64,000 nucleotides of DNA. Source: Chloroflexota bacterium (lineage in GTDB: Bacteria > Chloroflexota > UBA11872 > VXOZ01). Shown in pieces: positions 45,516 through 55,374 of the stretch. The translations under genes were made by a program, and so were the position numbers. The stretch spans positions 192,001-256,000 of the forward strand of contig CAXXVD010000005.1 of NCBI GenBank assembly GCA_963662335.2, in the 5' to 3' direction. The notes under the pieces were generated by a model. It had not been told where the DNA came from. It saw only the letters and a program-made list of their open reading frames with translations, and searched no databases. Numbering within the stretch: position 1 is the stretch's first letter; each line of letters starts with the position of its first letter.

Positions 45516-47405
45516 TTAGATTTCCAACGCCTCCATGAGCACGCGCCCCTCGGCGTCGCGGGGTTGCGGCACGCCCAGAAGATAGGCCAGCGTCGGCGCG
45601 ATATCCACGCTCCGCGCTTGTCCCTGCAAAGCCACGCCGCTGCGCACGCCGGCGCCGCTGATGATGAACGTCGTGTGCTGGCCGCCAATGCCCAGGCTGA
45701 CCGCGGGCAGGTGCCGGCCGTGGCAGGCGTCGTATTCCGGGTGCACCGCCCACACCACGTCGCCGACCAGATCGCCCCAGAGATTGAGCATTTCCGCGTT
45801 CTCGCGGGTGACCGCCAGGGCAAACGGCTGCTTGCCGGTGTTCGTATCTACGAACGTCGTCAGGGCGTGGATGATTTGCTGCTGCACGTTCTCGAAGTCT
45901 TCCTGTTCCACGATGCCGCCGGGGTCGCGCCCCTTGAGATTGACGAAGACGTGAATCGTGCCAACCGGTATGGCCGCACTCCGGCTGAGGTCGACTTCGC
46001 CGCTGGCCGGATCGGTCACGAGCAGTCCCACCTTCTCCAGCACGTCCGCCGCTTCGATCGGCGGCGCCAGGTCCGGCGTGCCGCCGTGGTCCGACGTCAC
46101 CACCACCACCGTTTCGTCATCCTGCAATTCCAGCAGGCGGCCAACCCAGCGGTCTACCGAGGCGATGATGCGGGTCATGCCCTCATGCGAGCGCGCCACC
46201 ACGCTCTCCGGCGCGCCGCAGCGGGGATCGGTCTGCCCCATGAAGAAGTGGTTGCCGTAGTCGAGCGAGTGCACCTCCGTAAAGAGCACGTCCCAGTCCC
46301 GCGTGGCGCAGAGGTGGTGGGCCACGTCCGCCAGACAGTCGTGGTGAAAGTCCATCAACTCGAAGACCGTCTCGTCGTCCACCAGACCCAACGTGTCCCG
46401 TCCCGGATTCTGCAGGAACGGGCCGACGTGCGTATCGATCTCCGCCGCGACCTCAGCGGGATGGGTGTAGCCTTCCGTGGCCCACACCTGGGGCATGAAA
46501 AGTTCGAAGGTGTCGGCGTCGGGCGTGAGCGTTATCAGCTTGAAGCGCGCGTAGCCCGTGAGCGCGCGCCCGCCAATGCTAAACTGCTGGCGCGACCACT
46601 CGCTCCAATCGGCCACGGCCAGGTCGGCCAGCGCCTGGCTGCCGTCGCGGCCGGCGCACACCCGCACCCGGTCGTAACCCGCGTCCGTCTGCGCATAGAT
46701 GAGCCCGTAGAACGTGCGCGGCTCGGCGCCTTCCGTGCCCCAGGCGGTGAGGTCGGAGCGGCCGCGGGCAAGGGGCCGGACGACCAGTTCGACTTCCAGC
46801 GGCGGCTTGGCCGATGCGGGCGCGTGCGCCCACTGCGCAAGATCCGCCGGGCGCATTGCAACCCGGTCAACGTCTTCACCGGCCTGCAAGGTGCTGGGAT
46901 CCACCGCCGCCGCGTCCACGCCGCCGCCAATCGGACGGGGCCGCCAGTTTCCTGAGACCCAGAGGTGGTACCCGGCAATCTGATGGTGGTTCGCCACGCC
47001 CGGCCCGGTGCCTTCCACCTGCACGCCGGTGGTGACGGTCGGCGGCCACGACATCTCCCACTTCACCAAAATTGGCGTCTTGCCGGCGCGCTCCAATGTA
47101 TTCCAAAAGTACTCAGACTTGCACAATTCCGTATTGACGCCCCACTCCGTTTCCGTCAGCGGCTTGCCGCGCACACGGATGTTAAAATCCATCACTTCGT
47201 GGGTGCCGGGCCACGCGCCGGTGGCAATCGACGTCCAGCCGGGCGGCGTAAGGGTGGGAAAGACTCCCAGCATCGGCCGCCACGCGCCGGTGTCCATCAG
47301 GCGCTTGAGATGCGGCGTCGCGCCCTGCGCCGCCATGTGCCGCACGATCTCCATGCTCGCGCCGTCGATGCCGATTACGATTGCCCGTTTCGCCAACGCC
47401 GCCAT
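45516..47405 (-). CDS. Alkaline phosphatase superfamily nucleotide pyrophosphatase/phosphodiesterase
   Basis: IVIGIDGAS, FPTLTPPGWTSIATG (Thr nucleophile), VTSDHG, DIAPTL. Confidence 0.85.
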   Translation of the reverse strand: MAALAKRAIVIGIDGASMEIVRHMAAQGATPHLKRLMDTGAWRPMLGVFPTLTPPGWTSIATGAWPGTHEVMDFNIRVRGKPLTETEWGVNTELCKSEYFWNTLERAGKTPILVKWEMSWPPTVTTGVQVEGTGPGVANHHQIAGYHLWVSGNWRPRPIGGGVDAAAVDPSTLQAGEDVDRVAMRPADLAQWAHAPASAKPPLEVELVVRPLARGRSDLTAWGTEGAEPRTFYGLIYAQTDAGYDRVRVCAGRDGSQALADLAVADWSEWSRQQFSIGGRALTGYARFKLITLTPDADTFELFMPQVWATEGYTHPAEVAAEIDTHVGPFLQNPGRDTLGLVDDETVFELMDFHHDCLADVAHHLCATRDWDVLFTEVHSLDYGNHFFMGQTDPRCGAPESVVARSHEGMTRIIASVDRWVGRLLELQDDETVVVVTSDHGGTPDLAPPIEAADVLEKVGLLVTDPASGEVDLSRSAAIPVGTIHVFVNLKGRDPGGIVEQEDFENVQQQIIHALTTFVDTNTGKQPFALAVTRENAEMLNLWGDLVGDVVWAVHPEYDACHGRHLPAVSLGIGGQHTTFIISGAGVRSGVALQGQARSVDIAPTLAYLLGVPQPRDAEGRVLMEALEI

Positions 47406-47496
47406 AGCTTGCGCTCCTCCATGCAGTTCCAATTACCGATAATCACCTTGGCCATCTGCCGGCCACACAGGGGAATGAGAGTGAACCCCGCACTCT

Positions 47497-47600
47497 CCGT
47501 TCGTGCTGAGCCTGTCGAAGCATTAACGGAGAGAGGCGTGTGCGGAGTTGCTACCCACTTCCTCCGCCGTACGCCCTTCGACGCTGCTCAGTGCGACCGG
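47497..47600. repeat. Inverted doublet of CCGTTCG..GAGC.TGTCGAAG-type REP (family D)
   Basis: CCGTTCGTGCTGAGCCTGTCGAAGCA ... CCCTTCGACGCTGCTCAGTGCGACCGG. A third partial copy, GAGAGCTTGTCGAAGGA, is at about 47741. Confidence 0.7.
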
Positions 47601-47654
47601 CTCGGTTTGGCTGTTTCCAAGACAATGCCTGAGTTGGTAGATTATTCTGCCTTA

Positions 47655-47795
47655 GAGCCTATTTGAATATGCTGAATAGCGTAACTTCTAGCGCTAGAGA
47701 ATGCCGAAAATACGGTTCTACAAGCTACCTGTCGTTATCCGAGAGCTTGTCGAAGGACTGAATCTTATCACTCAAGCCACTTTTCAAATAAGCTC
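47655..47795. mobile_element. MITE (141 bp) with IS5-family-like TIRs and TTA target duplication
   Basis: TIRs GAGCCTATTTGAA / TTCAAATAAGCTC (12/13). Flanked by TTA on both sides (47652-54 and 47796-98). AT-rich interior. Confidence 0.75.
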
Positions 47796-48893
47796 TTAGA
47801 CTATGATCTCTTCGCGCTCCACCACCCGGCCGCTCTTGCTGGAACGAATCGCGGCGGCGGTCATGGCAATGGTATTCAGGTTGTCCCGCGGCGTCACTGC
47901 GGGCTCGCGGCCCGCGGCAGTCGCGGCTATGAGGTCGCCCAGCGGCCCTTGAAACGCGTCCGGGAACCAGCGGCCTTCCAGCGGAAAGCGATGCACCCGG
48001 TCGGGCTCGTCAACGCGCGCCGCGAATACCGCGCTGCTGCCGCCCCAAACGCTCCCTTCCGTGCCGTCCAGCCACCATGTGTAGCTGTGCGCGCCCGTGG
48101 CGCGCACGATGTTGTTGAACTGCATGCTCGCCATCAGTTCCACCCGGCCGCCCACCGCGCCAAACTCGACGTTGGCGGCATACGTGAGCGGGTCCGGGCC
48201 GTTCTGGTCCGGCAGCATAGCGGTGGTGCAGTGGAGCCGCGTCCACTCGCGGGCGCCGGCATTGGGAGACGCGGCAAAGTAGCGGCAGAGATCCAGGTAG
48301 TGCACGCCGTGGTCGCCGATGTTGAAGTCGGCCAGGTTCGTCCACCACATGCCCGGCTGGTCTTGAAACGAGCGCCGCAAATGCTGGATGCCGTACACCT
48401 GCCCCACAACGCCTCGGTCCATCAGCACGCGCAAGGCCTTGTGCTCCGGCGCCCAGCGCGCCTGCTGGTTCACCGCCAGCAGAATGCCCGCCTCTTCCGC
48501 AACCGCGATCAATTCCTCAGCCAAGCCGTAGTCCATGTGCAGCGGCTTCTGGGTGAGCACCGGACGCGGCGCGTGGGCAATGGCCTGCAGCGTCTCTTTG
48601 CGGGCGGCGGGATGCAGCGCCATGTCGATGACGCGCACCTCGTCCCGCGCGAGCAAGGCGTGGATATCCGTGGTCCAGAATGGAATCCGCCAGCGTTCCG
48701 CCGTCGTCCGCGCCGCCTCTTCATCCACGTCGCAGCAGGCGACGACGTGATACCCGGCCATGCGATACGCCGGCAGGTGCGCGCCGTTGGCTATGCCGCC
48801 GCAGCCGACCAACCCGACGCCGTATTGCGCCAGATCAACGCCGGGCGGCGGCCCGGGACGGTAATCTTCCGGGTTCAGCGAGAGCGAATCCAT
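47796..48893 (-). CDS. Gfo/Idh/MocA family oxidoreductase
   Basis: VGLVGCGGIA, QKP, NQQARW, DHGVHYLD. Confidence 0.88.
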   Translation of the reverse strand: MDSLSLNPEDYRPGPPPGVDLAQYGVGLVGCGGIANGAHLPAYRMAGYHVVACCDVDEEAARTTAERWRIPFWTTDIHALLARDEVRVIDMALHPAARKETLQAIAHAPRPVLTQKPLHMDYGLAEELIAVAEEAGILLAVNQQARWAPEHKALRVLMDRGVVGQVYGIQHLRRSFQDQPGMWWTNLADFNIGDHGVHYLDLCRYFAASPNAGAREWTRLHCTTAMLPDQNGPDPLTYAANVEFGAVGGRVELMASMQFNNIVRATGAHSYTWWLDGTEGSVWGGSSAVFAARVDEPDRVHRFPLEGRWFPDAFQGPLGDLIAATAAGREPAVTPRDNLNTIAMTAAAIRSSKSGRVVEREEIIV

Positions 48894-48961
48894 GTGGTGT
48901 CTCCCACGCTCCTTAGCAAATCGCGCGTTGCGCGGAGGGACGTTGCGCCGTGGGCGTCCGG

Positions 48962-49534
48962 CTAGGGGTCTCGCCCCAGGCGCAACTGCTCAGACTGAGA
49001 ACGGCGGCCGGAACCGGCGCTGCCGGCGAAGTCCGCCCCGTGACGCTGATCCGGCTCATACGCCTCATACTCACGTTCGCGGTAGAGGAGCGGAACCTGG
49101 GCCGTGCCCACGCCGGCTGCCTCCACCCGGCCGATGAAGACCACGCCCGAACCGGCCTTATGCACGTCATAGACGGCGCAATCGAGCCAGCAGACGCACT
49201 CTGGAAAGATGGGCGCGCCGGTCACGGCGGTCTCGTGGGCAACGTGGCTGAATGCCGTGTCCTTGGCGCTGCCGGGGCGGGCGAAGGCCGCGCCGATTGC
49301 CTGCTGCGCCGTGCCAAGCACGTTCACGGCAAACGCCCCGGCGGCCTCTATGCGGCGGCGCGTCGCGTTGCGCTCGGTAACGCTTATCAAGATGAGCGGC
49401 GGCTCGAGGGCGATCGACGTGAATGAGCTTGCCGTCATGCCGTGCATCCCCGCCGCATCCCGCACGGTTACCACCGTGACGGGCTGCGCCACCCGGCGCA
49501 TCACGGCGCGGAATTCATCTGGCTCTAGCGGCAT
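48962..49534 (-). CDS. Flavin reductase family protein
   Basis: FRAVMRR...PVTVVT, GMTASSFTSIALEPP, FAVNVL, PLLY. Confidence 0.88.
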   Translation of the reverse strand: MPLEPDEFRAVMRRVAQPVTVVTVRDAAGMHGMTASSFTSIALEPPLILISVTERNATRRRIEAAGAFAVNVLGTAQQAIGAAFARPGSAKDTAFSHVAHETAVTGAPIFPECVCWLDCAVYDVHKAGSGVVFIGRVEAAGVGTAQVPLLYREREYEAYEPDQRHGADFAGSAGSGRRSQSEQLRLGRDP

Positions 49535-49630
49535 GAGGCCCTCGCGTTCTCGGCGGCAGGATGCATAGGCTTCGACCACGTAGTACGTATAGTATACCGC
49601 ACAACTAGGAATTCCGAGATGCGGAGCCGC

Positions 49631-51007
49631 CTAGTGATGGCCGAGATGCCAATCCAGCAGTTGCCGCTCCAACGCCGCCACTACGCCGCGGAGCGAGGCG
49701 TCATGGTAGCGGTTGCGCAGTTCCCACGGGTCCGCGCGCAGGTCGTAGAGTTCGTTGTGCTCATGCCCCGGCGTGTAGACCAGTTTCCAATCCGGCGTGC
49801 GCACCATGGTGGAAATCTCGGTCTGGCGGCCGCTGGCGGGAGGCCCGAACGGCAGATTGTTGCCGCGCGCGGGATCGTCCACCATGCCGGCGGGAAACGC
49901 GCCGACCTCGGCAAACGCCACGCCGCGCGGGCGCTCCTTGCCCTCCCAGACCGGCGCGAACGAGCGGCCGTGCATATTCTCAGGCGCTTCAATGCCCACC
50001 CAGTCCAACACGGTAGGGGCGACGTTCGTCGAGTCGGTAATCTCGGCTATGCGCTCGCCCTGGGGAACCAGGGTGTCCGGCCCGGCGATGAGCGCCGGCA
50101 CGCGCACCAAGCAGTCGTAGAGCGTGCAACTCTTGCCGAACATGCGGTGCTCGCCGGCGTAGTCGCCGTGGTCGGACGAGTAGATGATCACCGTGTTGTC
50201 CAGCAGGCCGCGCGCTTCCAGGAATGACAGCAGGCGCGCCACCTGGTCGTCCAGGTGATTGACCATGCCGTAGTAGACGGCCAGCGCCTTGCGCGTCTCC
50301 TCTTCGCCGGCGTCCCACGTGCCGCCGTCGCGCGCGGTCTGTTCCTGGGCCGGGGGCTTGCCGGCGTCCGGGCCTTCCACCGGCGGCAGGGAAATCCGCG
50401 CGGGGTCGTAGCGGGAGAAATACGGCTCCGGCGCGAAGAACGGCGGATGGGGATCCATGTAGGCCACGTGCAGGAAGAACGGCCTTTCCCGGCTGCACGC
50501 CGCGACGAAATTCATGCCAATCGTCGTCATGGCGCCGTTCAGGTCTTCGTCCGGCGGCAGCGGCACCTCGGCGAACATGTGCTGCACCCGCGCCGGCGCT
50601 TGCTGGACCAGTTCGCGCCGCAACCGGCTGCGCTCACCCAGCACGCCCTTACTTATGTCATGTTGAAACTCGAACCCGCGGCCCCCGCCGCCGCGCCCGC
50701 CGTGGAAGTGCCCCACCGCGCCGGTTTGGTAGCCCGCCTCGCGCAGCAGTTCCGCCAGCGTGACCTCGTAGTGCGGCAGCGTAAAGCCGTTGCCGTGCAC
50801 GCCAAGCGCGTGGGCGTAGCGGCCCGTCATCAGGATGCAGCGCGCGGGCAGGCAGAAGGGATGCGGCGTAAAGTAGTTCTCGAAGAGCGCGCCGCGCTGC
50901 GCCAGCGCCTCCAGCGCCGGCGTCTCGACGTCGGGATTCCCATAGAGCCCGAGGCTGGTCGCTTTCTGCTGGTCCGCCAGCAGCAGCACGATATTCGGCA
51001 ATGCCAT
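49631..51007 (-). CDS. Sulfatase
   Basis: PNIVLLLADQ, PFCLPARC..MTGRY (CxPxR), DPHPPF, SSDHGD, ELYDLRADPWE. Confidence 0.9.
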   Translation of the reverse strand: MALPNIVLLLADQQKATSLGLYGNPDVETPALEALAQRGALFENYFTPHPFCLPARCILMTGRYAHALGVHGNGFTLPHYEVTLAELLREAGYQTGAVGHFHGGRGGGGRGFEFQHDISKGVLGERSRLRRELVQQAPARVQHMFAEVPLPPDEDLNGAMTTIGMNFVAACSRERPFFLHVAYMDPHPPFFAPEPYFSRYDPARISLPPVEGPDAGKPPAQEQTARDGGTWDAGEEETRKALAVYYGMVNHLDDQVARLLSFLEARGLLDNTVIIYSSDHGDYAGEHRMFGKSCTLYDCLVRVPALIAGPDTLVPQGERIAEITDSTNVAPTVLDWVGIEAPENMHGRSFAPVWEGKERPRGVAFAEVGAFPAGMVDDPARGNNLPFGPPASGRQTEISTMVRTPDWKLVYTPGHEHNELYDLRADPWELRNRYHDASLRGVVAALERQLLDWHLGHH

Positions 51008-51128
51008 AGTTCGCCTCTCCCTGTGCGGCCCGGCACCGGACGTTCGCCGGATTGCGCCAACCGCCAACAAAAGAACCGGGGGATTGCCCCGGTTAGTCGG
51101 ACGCCGCCGGGAAACACAGCCCGCCCGT

Positions 51129-51788
51129 TCAGTCCGCGCTCTTCCCGCTCGCGTCCATGTGCGCCAGCAGCGCGCTCGCCCAGTGCGCGCGGCGCAGGCG
51201 GGCCGCCTCCGGGCTAAACCCCGCCGGCTCGCCGGCGAACAGCCGTTCCAGGCGCGCGTGGTCTCCCTGGAGGAAGAGCCGCACCTTCATGACGCCGTAC
51301 GCGTACTCGGGATGGTTCTCCGCCAGGTAGGCGAATATCGAACCGGACTGCCGTTCGAACCGCTCCTTGTTCCCGGCGGTGAGCACCAGCGTTTCCGTTT
51401 CCTGCAGGATGTTGCGCGGCGCGATGCGCACCCGGCTGGCGATGTCCTGCACCGACAGGCCTTGCTCCTGGGCCAATTCCCGGAAGCGCAACACGACTTC
51501 ATCGTCGCTCAAGCCGTGCACCTCGGTCTGTGGCTGCCGCGACTCGAGATTCTGGCGAATACTGTCCCAGTCGATCTCCAGGTGCGGGTAGAGTTCGGAC
51601 ATCTCAAGCTGGAGATCGGTGGTGACGCGCGGCCGCTCGCCCAGGTACGCCAAGAACTGGGTGCGGGTGCCCAGGTCATCAACGATGTCCCGCACCAGCC
51701 ACGCGACCCAGAGATTAGTCTCTTTCCGTCCCGCGATGGCTTCGGGCACCCACTTTATGTAGACGTTCTCGCGCGCTGAATCCGGCAC
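51129..51788 (-). CDS. Hypothetical protein with possible Cro-like HTH
   Basis: ORF 14 nt downstream of infC. RFRELAQEQGLSVQDIASRV is HTH-like. Confidence 0.65.
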   Translation of the reverse strand: MPDSARENVYIKWVPEAIAGRKETNLWVAWLVRDIVDDLGTRTQFLAYLGERPRVTTDLQLEMSELYPHLEIDWDSIRQNLESRQPQTEVHGLSDDEVVLRFRELAQEQGLSVQDIASRVRIAPRNILQETETLVLTAGNKERFERQSGSIFAYLAENHPEYAYGVMKVRLFLQGDHARLERLFAGEPAGFSPEAARLRRAHWASALLAHMDASGKSAD

Positions 51789-51802
51789 CGTGCCGCCGCT
51801 TC

Positions 51803-52372
51803 CTACTCCTCCGACTCTTCTTTCGCCTTGGTTGCCGTCCCGTCGCCACGCGCTCGCCGGGCTTGGGGCCGCGGGCTCAGGTAGGTCGTAAGCTGATTCC
51901 CTTCCATGATCGGCCTCCGCTCCACCACGGCCACGTCCTCCACCCGCTCCAGGACGCGGCGCAACACGTCGTGGCCGTGCTCCGGATGGGCCATTTGCCG
52001 CCGGAGAAAGCGCACGAACGCCTTGACCTTATGGCCCTCTGCCAAGAACCTGGTGATGCGGTCCACACGATAGTCGATATCGTGCTTATCCATAACCGGG
52101 CTGAACCGCACCTCTTTCAACGTGGAGGCGGCGCGATTCTTGCGTGAATTGCGCTCCTCCTTGGTCTGGCGGTACTTGTACTTCCCGTAGTCCATGAGTC
52201 GGCACACCGGCGGGGAAGCGTTTGGCGAAACCTCGACCAAGTCCACGCCCCGGTCTTGAGCCAGCGCAAGCGCCTGCTCGAGCGCCAGAATGCCGACTTG
52301 CTCTCCGTCTTCATCGATTACGCGGATTTCGCGTGCCCGAATCTCGCGATTGCTGCGCGCCTCTTTGACTAT
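51803..52372 (-). CDS. infC: Translation initiation factor IF-3 (non-canonical ATA start)
   Basis: ATA-VKEARSNREIRAREIRVIDEDGEQVG...DLVEVSPNASPPVCRLMDYGKY...KEVRF. GAGGAGG SD lies 7 nt before the ATA, with an in-frame TGA two codons upstream. Confidence 0.93.
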   Translation of the reverse strand: MVKEARSNREIRAREIRVIDEDGEQVGILALEQALALAQDRGVDLVEVSPNASPPVCRLMDYGKYKYRQTKEERNSRKNRAASTLKEVRFSPVMDKHDIDYRVDRITRFLAEGHKVKAFVRFLRRQMAHPEHGHDVLRRVLERVEDVAVVERRPIMEGNQLTTYLSPRPQARRARGDGTATKAKEESEE

Positions 52373-52457
52373 AGTTCATTCCTCCTCGATACCTTCTACC
52401 AGAGTCTCGCAGGAATATACCATATCGAAATGTCAAGAAGCAAGACCCCGTGCCCTG

Positions 52458-53522
52458 CTAGTGTGCGCGGCTGCGAGGCCCGGCTCCCGCGCTCCCGGCC
52501 GGCATGGCGTCATTCGACCGCACCGCAAGCGCGCGGCCCTGGGTTGCCGGCAGGCCGCCGCGAGCCTCACCGGGCCTTGCCTGCGCCGGAAACGCGCCGC
52601 GCACCCGCACGGCCAGCGCGCGCTTCAGCACGAGGCCGCGCTCGGTTTCGCCAAAACCGCACCCGATGAGCGCCTGGGTAACGTCCGCCGCGTGGACCGG
52701 TACCCTGGACCACACGGCGGCGCTGCCGCGGTCATGGGCGTGGCTCAACGCGGTAGCAACAAGGTCTCGCGCCAGGTCTCCCTGGCCCGGCGCCACGCCT
52801 ATCTGGGCGCGAAGTTCGCTATTTCGGCTCCGTGACTCCGTGAGCCAACCGGTCAAGCCGTTTTCACCCTCGACTACCCAGCGGGTAGCCTGGAACGAAA
52901 GCCGCGACGAACTCCGGCCCAATTGCCAGTCTCGCGCCGTGCGCCCTTCCGCGAGGCGCACCATCTGCGGTGTTGCGCGCAGATAGAGTTGGTGCAGCGG
53001 CCAGGCGTCTCGCTTCTCCTGCAAGCGCAGGCCGGGCACGTCCGGCGCCAATGCGGCGCGCGGCACGGGCCGCGCAAACGTGCGCTCCTCCGTCACAACG
53101 GAGAACCCCGCGCGCTGAAAAGAGGCCGCAAGCCAACCGCGCGCCGGCACGCGCGCGACAATACCCGTAATGCGCTGCGCCCCGGCAACGCGGCACACTT
53201 CATCGAGGAGCGGCGAGAGCCACGCGCTGGCCGCGCCGGTGGGAGCGGGCGCCTCTCGCCACAGCCCGGCCACCGCCACGAACATCATCTCCCACTGCTC
53301 GCGCCCGGACTGCCGCGCCACCTGCGCCACGGCCACCGCCCGGCGTCCTTCCCATACTGCCACCGTGCAGGATTTCGGCGTGACCGTGCCCAGCAGCAAC
53401 CCCATTGTTGGCGACCACGGCGCATCCGCCGTAACGAGCGACGCTCCCGCGTTGCGCTGCAAGCGCCAGGCCTGCAGGAACCGGAGAGCATCGTGTCGTT
53501 TGACTTCAGCCGTATGAACCAT
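52458..53522 (-). CDS. Hypothetical protein, probable tandem GNAT-like fold
   Basis: Two GNAT-like halves ending FQRAGFS and LIGCGFG, linked by PGLRLQEKRDAWPLHQLY. Confidence 0.55.
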   Translation of the reverse strand: MVHTAEVKRHDALRFLQAWRLQRNAGASLVTADAPWSPTMGLLLGTVTPKSCTVAVWEGRRAVAVAQVARQSGREQWEMMFVAVAGLWREAPAPTGAASAWLSPLLDEVCRVAGAQRITGIVARVPARGWLAASFQRAGFSVVTEERTFARPVPRAALAPDVPGLRLQEKRDAWPLHQLYLRATPQMVRLAEGRTARDWQLGRSSSRLSFQATRWVVEGENGLTGWLTESRSRNSELRAQIGVAPGQGDLARDLVATALSHAHDRGSAAVWSRVPVHAADVTQALIGCGFGETERGLVLKRALAVRVRGAFPAQARPGEARGGLPATQGRALAVRSNDAMPAGSAGAGPRSRAH

Positions 53523-53585
53523 CTCATGCCACGTTTCGCGACGGCGCGGCGAGTTGCCGCGGCTTTCCTCCAGGCGGCCGGGGCC

Positions 53586-54173
53586 TTACGCGCTCACCTG
53601 CGCGCACAGCGTCAGGAAGTAGCGGTGCAAGCGGCGGTCGGCCACGATCTCCGGGTGAAAAGCGGTGGCGAGCACGGCGTCCTGCTGAATGGCGACCATA
53701 CCGCCGGTGGACGGCAGGCGGCCCAGCACCTCCACGTTCGGCCCAACGGCCTCCACCACCGGCGCGCGGATGAAGACCGCGGGAAACGGCCCCCCGTCCA
53801 GGCAGCGCAGCGGCACGTCGGCCTCGAAGCTATCCACCTGGCTGCCGTAGGCATTGCGCCGGATGCGCGTATCCATGACCGCGAGGAGCGGCTGTTCGTG
53901 CGCGCCAATGTCCTTCGAGAGCAGAATCATGCCGGCGCAGGTGCCCCACGCCGCCAACTGCCCAGCCAGGATGCGCTCGCGAATAGGCGCCACCAAGTCG
54001 TAGAGCACCATCAGCTTGCGGATGGTGGTGCTCTCACCGCCGGGGATGATCAACCCTTGCACGTCCGCCAGGTCTCGGGGCAGTTTTACCGGATGAGCTT
54101 CTACCCCCAAGTCGGCAAGCGCGGTCACGTGCTCGCGCACGTCGCCCTGAAGCGCCAGCACACCGACGTTCAT
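53586..54173 (-). CDS. pdxT: Pyridoxal 5'-phosphate synthase glutaminase subunit
   Basis: GVLALQGD, PGGESTT, GTCAGMI, RNAYGSQVDSFE, FIRAP, FHPE. Confidence 0.96.
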   Translation of the reverse strand: MNVGVLALQGDVREHVTALADLGVEAHPVKLPRDLADVQGLIIPGGESTTIRKLMVLYDLVAPIRERILAGQLAAWGTCAGMILLSKDIGAHEQPLLAVMDTRIRRNAYGSQVDSFEADVPLRCLDGGPFPAVFIRAPVVEAVGPNVEVLGRLPSTGGMVAIQQDAVLATAFHPEIVADRRLHRYFLTLCAQVSA

Positions 54174-54180
54174 GCCGTCC

Positions 54181-55062
54181 CTACCACCCTCGCACCGCAA
54201 GCAGTTCTTCACTGGGCATCGAGCGCACGTCCAGTCCCGACATCGGCTCGCCCAGACCGCGCGAGACTTCGGCAACGATCTGCGGATCCTGATAGTGGGT
54301 CGTGGCCTTGACGATGGCGGCGGCCCGGATTGCCGGGTCTTCCGACTTGAAGATGCCGGAACCGACGAAGTTGCCGTCGCAGCCGAGTTGCATCATGAGC
54401 GCCGCGTCGGCCGGCGTGGCGATGCCTCCGGCCGAGAAATTGACTACGGGCAGGGCGCCGCGTTCCGCCACTTCCACGACGAGCGAGTACGGCGCGCCCA
54501 GTTCCTTCGCCTCTGCCATGAGTTCTTCCGTGCGCATGTTCTGCAGGCGGCGAAAGGCGCCGCCGACGGCGCGAATGTGCCGCACGGCCTCCACCACGTT
54601 GCCGGTGCCGGCCTCACCCTTGGTGCGAATCATGGCCGCGCCCTCGCCAATGCGGCGCAGGGCTTCGCCCAGGTCGCGCGCGCCGCAGACGAAGGGAATG
54701 GTGAAACTGTGCTTCTCGATGTGATGCTCTTCATCGGCCGGCGTCAGCACTTCCGATTCGTCGATGTAATCGATGCCGAGGGCCTCGAGCACCTGGGCCT
54801 CGACGAAGTGGCCGATGCGGCACTTGGCCATGACCGGAATGGTGACCGCATGCTTGATTTGCGACACGAGCTCGGGATCGGACATGCGCGCAACGCCGCC
54901 CTGGGCACGAATGTCGGCCGGCACCCGCTCCAGCGCCATCACGGCTACCGCGCCGGCATCCTCGGCGATTCGCGCCTGCTCAGGCGTGACTACGTCCATG
55001 ATGACGCCGCCCTTGAGCATCTGCGCCATGCCGCTCTTAACTCGCCACGTACCTGTTTCCAT
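54181..55062 (-). CDS. pdxS: Pyridoxal 5'-phosphate synthase lyase subunit
   Basis: [55 protein letters not shown]. Confidence 0.98.
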   Translation of the reverse strand: METGTWRVKSGMAQMLKGGVIMDVVTPEQARIAEDAGAVAVMALERVPADIRAQGGVARMSDPELVSQIKHAVTIPVMAKCRIGHFVEAQVLEALGIDYIDESEVLTPADEEHHIEKHSFTIPFVCGARDLGEALRRIGEGAAMIRTKGEAGTGNVVEAVRHIRAVGGAFRRLQNMRTEELMAEAKELGAPYSLVVEVAERGALPVVNFSAGGIATPADAALMMQLGCDGNFVGSGIFKSEDPAIRAAAIVKATTHYQDPQIVAEVSRGLGEPMSGLDVRSMPSEELLAVRGW

Positions 55063-55374
55063 AGTTTCCGCCTCTAGGTCTGCTACGCCTTACCCACGTG
55101 TCCGGCTATTCATCCTCAATGGTACCTACACATGCCTGTCTCGGCAAGAGGGCGGCACCTTCCCGCCGCACCCGGGGAAAGAGCAACCCCCGCTTTCACC
55201 CCGGCCCGCTCTCACGTTAGAAAGGGGGATTGTACCGCTTTCACGTGGGGTTGCGCCAGGTCTGCCAACGAGACTGCGGGTTTGATAGAGAGCAATACAT
55301 CTGGTATAGTGATGCGCCAGTAGACGCCGCACTACGTACGCGGTACGGCTCATTCAGAAGGGTACAGAGTTCTC

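Noticed and set aside
45378-46955. 525-aa plus-strand ORF
   Set aside because: Antisense to the phosphodiesterase gene.
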